DNA of 64,000 nucleotides, from the NCBI RefSeq assembly GCF_001194135.2, contig NC_068982.1, positions 168,331,220 to 168,395,219 on the forward strand. Direction: 5' to 3'. This stretch comes from Octopus bimaculoides. Taxonomy: Eukaryota. This document shows positions 56,364-64,000 of the stretch, piece by piece. Below the pieces are notes generated by a model, which saw only the letters and a list, made by a program, of their open reading frames with translations, made no database searches and was not told the origin of the DNA. Every line of letters starts with the position of its first letter. Positions within the stretch are counted from its first letter, which is position 1. The translations under genes were made by a program, and so were the position numbers.

Positions 56364-57016
56364 CATATGTATAAGGTATATATAATACAAATCTACTATG
56401 TCAGTATTTATGACCCTATTTATGTTTGTAGAAGTATATCTGCCAGACTCAGTGGTCCACTCCACAGAATTGCGACTCCTCATCAATTGGTGCCGTATCA
56501 CTAGCCAGTAATGGGCACTGTCTTTATTAATACTTAATTCTGTGTGCGAGCGCAAGTGCGACAGACCACGCGTGCTTGTGTGCTTATGTGTGCATGCGCG
56601 TTTGTACGAGCGACTGTACGTGAGCCAGACCAAGTATGTGTAGGTGTTTGTACATTCATATCCACTAAAGGTTATATCTAATATTTTTTTCACTGTATTA
56701 TGTATTTGTTTTTGTATGTGAATTTCGTTAAGTATCTCCTATAAGAATGAAGTTGTATCCCTTAATTTGCCATTTCTATATACGAAGACCAAGAAGGAAT
56801 CTTGCGAAACATATTTTATTTTAACAAGATACCTCTTGAAATCAACCGAGGAGACACATCTACACCGAATGATATACATAAACCAGTTTTACAGTATCCA
56901 ACCTGCAAAAGATCAATGTTAGATGGCTCGAAATAATTGTTGCGATTTAATAAAGATTCTGATATCTTCCATCTTCTGTCATTCGCTCATTAAGCACACG
57001 TACACACACATTCGCG

Positions 57017-57060
<44 letters not shown>

Positions 57061-57463
57061 CATACACACACACATATACGTCACATATGTATATCTATAT
57101 ATACTGATGAATACGCGCTCACGCACACATACACACAAGACTTTGCATATTAGACATTATGCAAAAACTAATAATTATAGGTGAAAATAAATTCTATAGA
57201 TTAAACGTAAACCATGGGCATGAGTCTGTATTCAGGTTTATATTCCGTATTATTTTACATGAATTTCACATCTTCTTGAATATGTGGGATTCAAGGGAAA
57301 TCAATATTTAATAACGTATTTTTGTATTACAGACCAAGAATTATATAGTTCACGTGTGTAAGATGTGAATCGTCTTGAATGTAATCAATTGGCATGTTAC
57401 TGACCTTTGGGTATAATTAATTGCTATGTTACTGACCTAAATTCTCAAAGAAGAATAAAGAAA

Positions 57464-57552
<89 letters not shown>

Positions 57553-58192
57553 TATCACTCGCGTTACTATCCCTGATAATTCAAATATTAAACGATGAAC
57601 TTTGAGTAATGATGTGATATACAGTCCCGAAATATCTAATTAGTTCTATTGCGAGTTTACTTTCTACTCTATGAAACTCACTACCCTTTCAATATTAATC
57701 TGTACTTCTCAAGAATACAATACACAGGTGACTAAATTTGTGGTTTATATCTCGTTATTGTTGCAGCATTGGATTCCTACTAACAAGTCTCATACACAAA
57801 ATCCTCGAGCAACATAATCATAATTTGGTATATCGAGTACAATTTGTTACTGTATGAAGCTGGGGCATTGTAAACTTAGAGATAGTTTCTTCGGGGAACA
57901 ATATTTAGTTCAAAAGAAAATGGACGTTCAGCTAGGTCTCTGATCATTGTCGCTTGACTCATTAATGCCTGATCTCAGACAATTATTGAAATCGGATGCT
58001 GATTACACAGTAGTCTTTAATACTATTTTAAGTTCTGTATAAACTGGCAGGTACAACCGAGCATAGATTTCTCTACAAGATATTACATGGCGTCAGATAC
58101 GACGACGATATAACTGAAGAACAAAGGATAGGTAATGTACGGTATCTGACCCCGTAAAAATGTGCTTAAAATTGTCAACAATATCTAATAAC

Positions 58193-58505
58193 TGGCACTC
58201 TGTCGGTTACAACGAGGGTTTCAGTCGATCCGACCAACAGAACAGCCACCTCGATAAATTAACGTAGAAAGGATTGAACACTCTCCACGCGTACCCTTAA
58301 CATAGTTCTCAGGGAGATTCATCACGGCACCGACTTTGACTAGGCTGACCCTTTGAAATATAGGTTCTACTCATTTTTACAAGTTGAGTTGACTGGAGCA
58401 ACGTGAAATAAAGTGTCCTGTTTAAGGATACACACGCGTTGCGCGCTATAGATCTCACAAATTAGATCATGAACTAAACATCCTCTCTTAACCACGCACC
58501 TTCAC
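58193..58505 (-). mobile_element. Diverged tRNA-derived SINE with a family A-like 3' body
   Basis: Shares the cttaacatagttctcagggagattc and ggagcaacgtgaaataaagtg segments with other copies in the window. Confidence 0.7.
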
Positions 58506-59434
58506 AAAAGTGAACTGTACGTCTATAAACACATGAATAACACAACCTTTATGCAAGGTATGTATATCCCTCTTTCTGGCCTCTTCTATTAAAATATCTT
58601 GGTAGTATTGTCATCTTTTGATGAAGTACATATTTTTTTAGAATAAATGGATAACAGTGTTCATGCCATGAATAAGCGTAAGCGAAATATAATTGTATTA
58701 TCCTAGAATTTTAATGCAATTGTTGTCACCAATTAAATTTTAATGGGAGCTCACTTTTTGATTCAATGAAGCTTACTATAGACGACATTTATAGGAATGG
58801 AATGTTGAGCTCTTCGCAGTTTCATTCGAACCTTAACAGTAATGTATGTATCCCCACTCCCCTGTTTTCTCAACAAAAGACTCTTGTTCTATAGGCATGA
58901 AATATGAATTTGAGTATTGGAATACTTATGAGCAAGTGAGGAACCCGCTTCATATCATTAGATTTTTTTTTTTGTCATGGTAACCTAAGATAGTTTTATT
59001 CTTATTTTCTTTGTTTCCAGAGTCTCACATATAATATCTTACAGTTCATCAGCAGTTACCTTAACTTCAAACGTTTATATTCTAAAATCTCTTATATAAG
59101 CAACGAAGTTGGGATAAAGATTGAAAGAACGAAAAAAATCAATTTTGTCTTATAATGGATTTAAAGCAATAATTTTCCGAACATAAATATTAATTTTACT
59201 AAAATAGAGCAATCATTTTAGTAGCTTAAATCAGTCATTTTAGTAGTAGAAGTTTTTTTTAACCTAAAGTAGTCAGTTTAATAATATAGTGATGTTAGTA
59301 AGTAAAGCAATAACTTTAGTAAATTAAAGCAGTTATTATAGTAAGACATCTACTTTATGTGACGTAAAACAAACCAAATTATCTGACAAGTTCCATTTTA
59401 AATGACTTTGTTTAATAAAAAGCAAATCTCTTAC

Positions 59435-59511
59435 CCATTCGAAAAAGATACTTCAGGTCTCTGCTTGACATCCCATTCAATAAAGTTATGCAACTTTGAC
59501 GTTCTAGACCT
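59435..59511 (-). CDS. Internal coding exon (77 nt, phase 2-1): GLERQSCITLLNGMSSRDLKYLFRM
   Basis: Acceptor ttgatttccttcgctcag, donor G|gtaaga; phase 2 start matches the previous exon. Confidence 0.68.
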
Positions 59512-59980
59512 CTGAGCGAAGGAAATCAATCTATGCCATCTTCAAACATTGTGTATCTAGGGCGACGTTATCCAATACATTATTGATGACTGCTTGATGC
59601 CATTTCAAAAGATATGCTTGCTATTTCTAGCCGCTCGAGTGTCTATAATGGTTATTTCTTTATATCGGATATGATTTCGTTGAGGTTTAGCTTATTTCAA
59701 CTTTGGTCGAGCAGACATACATGTTCATAAACATTCAATTATTAATTATCCCTCCTTCTTATATATTTAGTACTTACATCGCATTCCTGGTGTTTCCTTT
59801 CTGGTTTTAAGGGTGAAATGATATGCAGACATTTGCTTTATATTTCTAGCAAGCCAAGGACTTCTCGTTACTTCGAACATAATGTTAATCAAACACGTAG
59901 AATTCCTAAGCGGAAAAACTATATTCAGGATTCATCAATGCCAGAATGCCACTACGACGATGCGTTATTCACCTCCCTAC

Positions 59981-60075
59981 CCAAAGTTATCATAAACACA
60001 GGAACAATGAAATGTAGGTGGCTGGATTAGAAACGGCGACCGACCGCTCTCTGCTTTCTTAATCAAGTCATAGGC
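59981..60075 (-). CDS. Internal coding exon (95 nt, phase 0-2): AYDLIKKAESGRSPFLIQPPTFHCSCVYDNF(G)
   Basis: Acceptor cgtcttgttttatcag, donor GG|gtaggg; open in the frame set by the upstream exon. Confidence 0.7.
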
Positions 60076-60436
60076 CTGATAAAACAAGACGCAGCAAACT
60101 TTTCAGTATGTGTGGGTCAGTGGGCTGACATTTTTGTTTTACTGTTATCTTACATGTGGTTTTCATACTTCAATTCTTCTTTGATTGAAGTTTTCGATAG
60201 AAGAATATTCAAAGTCAAATGATGCATGAACTAAACTTCTAACTGAATGAGTTCAACTCAGTCTTATTGTTAGATCTACGAAAGCAACTGAGATTCACAT
60301 GCAGATTTCAAATTACATAGGCATCGCTTGATAAAGCACTGTCAATGAGGTACGAACAAAAGACTGCGTTCTATTAATCACCTATCTTCTATAAACATAT
60401 CGAATGAGGTTTTCTAAACATGACACACAAAAACAG

Positions 60437-60469
<33 letters not shown>

Positions 60470-60473
60470 GACA

Positions 60474-60519
<46 letters not shown>

Positions 60520-60960
60520 TATGTATATATGAATAAGACACATATAAATTCATGCGAATACGCACATGCAGACACACGTGTGTGTGTATGGCATCTGCTT
60601 ATTTAATCCTACATTAATCTTACAATTAAAACTACATATAAATACAAAGGGAATTCCTTTTATCGTTTAAGTTTAAACACAGTTTTATTTCCATAAAGCA
60701 ATTATTAACAAGATTAGTATAACCGAAAAGGACCACCACTTAATACAAAAATTTTAGAAAATAACTAATTTAATTTAAATTTTCTACTTGGTACTTTAAA
60801 ACAGAGGTAGTGAAAGTTTTAATAATTATTTCATTGTATCATCTTTAGTTTAGATCTATTGTGCAGACTAAACGAGTAAGCTGAGCATTAGAGATGCGGT
60901 CGATAATTCTCCAACTGCATAAGATGGAATAGATTTAGAGCCATTCAGATGCTTACTCAC

Positions 60961-61035
60961 CATGTTGGGGCCATCTTCAATGAAACTGATAGCTTTATTG
61001 ACTGTTCTTCGCCACAGCAGACGCGAAAAAAATTC
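60961..61035 (-). CDS. Internal coding exon (75 nt, phase 0-0) of an unidentified protein: EFFSRLLWRRTVNKAISFIEDGPNM
   Basis: Acceptor ctatactttcag and strong donor ATG|gtgagt; open frame; phase joins the next two exons. Confidence 0.72.
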
Positions 61036-61754
61036 CTGAAAGTATAGAACATTCACCACATGTCGATGGGGAAAAGGAAATGATTGCCATTAACATTTTG
61101 AACTGTATTCATTAGGAAATACCACATGTCGATTGATGTCACTATCAACAAAATCGACTAAAGACGTTTAAGTTTCTAAGAGCTGTTTCGCTTAAAATAC
61201 ACTCCTTAGTAAAACCAACTCGCCTGCATTCTGTTTGTTCAAGATTATGAGAATTGGTCATCGAGGTAGAATTAGTAGTAATTTAATTTGTTCAGTTTCG
61301 ATGCTCAAGTACTCAAGAGTCTGTAAACGATATGAATTCACTCTTAGTGCAGAAGTTCGACGTTTAATGAAGGTGTTTACTTGTGTCATGATCAGGTTTG
61401 AATGTTTGAAAAAGAAGTTGGACTTGTATACTAGTTTAAACAGATTGCATGTTCAAGCTTTCGTGTATATGATGCTATTCTGAGAATTTCGGGGTCTCCA
61501 ACTAGTATTATTGTCATGTAATTTTATTGTTCTCTTTTTAATGCACATGTTTTTGTTTTTTTTAAATCGTCATATGTGTTAAATGTTCGTAAATGAATTG
61601 ACTTTTAGTTTTACTCTTATTGGAAATTAAATAACACTACTGTACACATATATGTGTATGTATGTGTGTGCATGTCTGTATGTGTATGAGAGTGAGAGAG
61701 AGAGAGAAAGATAGAGAAGGAGAGATAAGGAAAGAAAAGGATGACAAATAACTG

Positions 61755-62280
61755 TCTACCGGGCGAAATGCTTAGTGCCATGTCCTCGGTCACTATACTC
61801 TGAGTTCAAATTCCGCCGAGGTTGACTTTGCCTCTCATCCTTTCGGGGTCGAAGAAAATAACTATCATTTGAGCATTGGAGTCGATGTAATCGGTCATCC
61901 CCCTCCTCCAAAATTTCAGGCCTTGTATCTAGAGTAGAATAGATTATTATTATTATGACTATTAGGGAGCCGAGCAGGCAGAATCGTATAGCATGCCAGG
62001 TAAAATGCTTAATGATATTTCGACTCTCTTTACGTTCTGAGTCCAAATTCTGCCGAGGTCGACTTTGCCTTTCATCCTTTCGGAGTGTCGATAAATTAAG
62101 TACCAGTTGCGTACTGGGGTCGATCTAATCGATTGACCCCATCTCATAAAATTTCGGACCTTTGCCTTCCATCCTTTCGGGGCCGATAAAATTAGTACCA
62201 GTTGAACATTGGGGGGTCGATGTAATTGACTTGCTCCCTCTCCCGAACTTGCTGGGCTTGTACCTAAAATTGAAACCAAT
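61755..62280 (+). mobile_element. Cluster of three tandem or partial family B SINE copies
   Basis: Repeated gttcaaattccgccgaggtcgactttgcctttcatcctttcggggtcgata motif. Confidence 0.85.
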
Positions 62281-63006
62281 ATCAGAGTGCACTATTTCCT
62301 TATTGATAGTTTCATTACAATTTATTTCATAACATTAGTATTTAAAATCATAGAAAATTGCACAATCAAGCGCAATCAATTATTTTTGCTTTTGTATTCG
62401 TTGTTTCATTAAGTTCATAAAGACTGGGCTAACTTCATAAATAGAAATCATAGGAGAACAAGAAAATCGACACGAATAGGAAACAATCAAATTTACAGCT
62501 GAATCTAATAAAAACATCATAATTCCTTCTAATTTAGGAAATAAAATTTGGTATTGATTTTCAGGTTTTGTTGAATTTCAATTTCGGTTTTAAATCTGTT
62601 TGATTGTTTTATTTAATTCGATTAGATCGTTCCATCTGTATGTGTCCTTGTTTACGAAAGAAGGCTTTAGCTTTATAGCACACAATTTAAAAAGGAAGCA
62701 GAAAGAATATACGTTGCTGTAGCCCCGAACTCACTAATGACACGTTAGTGAAAAATTTGTAGACGGTAACTGTTCCAAAACCAATCCAAATACACACGCG
62801 CGTGTATTATATTATTATATTTCGGGACGGTCATTTTATTGTTGTCAAATAAGCACACGCACTATATATTGGTTCTACACCCTTTTATTATTGTACTTAT
62901 TTTATTTTAAGTCAATTGCCTAGAAATTTATCGTCAAACATCTGTGATATCTTCATCCATATGTTTCCTCCTGTCCTCTTTAGTCCATCCTGCATATATT
63001 TCCTTG

Positions 63007-63076
<70 letters not shown>

Positions 63077-63465
63077 NNNNNNNNNNNNNNNNNNNNNNNN
63101 NNNNNNNNNNNNNNNNNNNNNNNNNNNNNNNNNNNNNNNNNNNNNNNNNNNNNNNNNNNNNNNNNNNNNNNNNNNNNNNNNNNNNNNNNNNNNNNNNNNN
63201 NNNNNNNNNNNNNNNNNNNNNNNNNNNNNNNNNNNNNNNNNNNNNNNNNNNNNNNNNNNNNNNNNNNNNNNNNNNNNNNNNNNNNNNNNNNNNNNNNNNN
63301 NNNNNNNNNNNNNNNNNNNNNNNNNNNNNNNNNNNNNNNNNNNNNNNNNNNNNNNNNNNNNNNNNNNNNNNNNNNNNNNNNNNNNNNNNNNNNNNNNNNN
63401 NNNNNNNNNNNNNNNNNNNNNNNNNNNNNNNNNNNNNNNNNNNNNNNNNNNNNNNNNNNNNNNNN

Positions 63466-63540
<75 letters not shown>

Positions 63541-64000
63541 TCATACATATACCTATAAGTGTGTATATTTAAGTATATACATACAGACGTATATGTACGT
63601 ATGCATCAGTATACATGTACACATACATGTATATCTGTTTGTGTAGTTAATATCTTCAACACTACCTATCTTTCAGAAGAACTGCTTCTCTCCTTAGTAC
63701 TCTTCAGAAATTGATTTTCATCTGAGACACAATCGATTTAATATCAGAAAGAATTCTTCAAAAGCGTAACGTTTTCCAAAGACATATTAAAAAGAAAATT
63801 GATGCTGATAGTATTCATTCTTTGTTATTCTCTTACTCGTAGACATAGCCGTGATATAGTGTTTGTATTTCTTGTTGTTCTTTTTATAGTTGTAACAGTG
63901 TTCTTAGACTTTAGTTGTTGTTGTTGTTGTTGCCGTTATCATTGTTGACATCAAAATTTGCCCTTTATTGTTAACTTGTGTTCATCACGATTATAAATAT

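Overview
AT-rich, microsatellite-saturated eukaryotic genomic DNA with many N gaps. The SINE and repeat families resemble octopus (coleoid cephalopod) repeats; this is from recall, not a database search. Almost all ORFs in the supplied track are artefacts of microsatellites or gaps. Supported content: (1) exons of at least one unidentified minus-strand multi-exon protein-coding gene, with a phase-consistent 3-exon block at 59.4-61.0 kb, a phase-consistent terminal block at 11.9-14.1 kb, and weaker candidates between; (2) transposon fossils: four R4/Dong-like RLE LINE fragments, three Tc1/mariner remnants, an RTE 3' end, a Gypsy gag remnant and many tRNA-derived SINEs; (3) a small repeat family with a minimal type I hammerhead-ribozyme-like fold in three copies, one fused to a tRNA-derived Pol III head, which is the most interesting observation; (4) several long inverted repeats or hairpins that would form dsRNA if transcribed. 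No CRISPR array, rRNA or genuine tRNA gene was seen.
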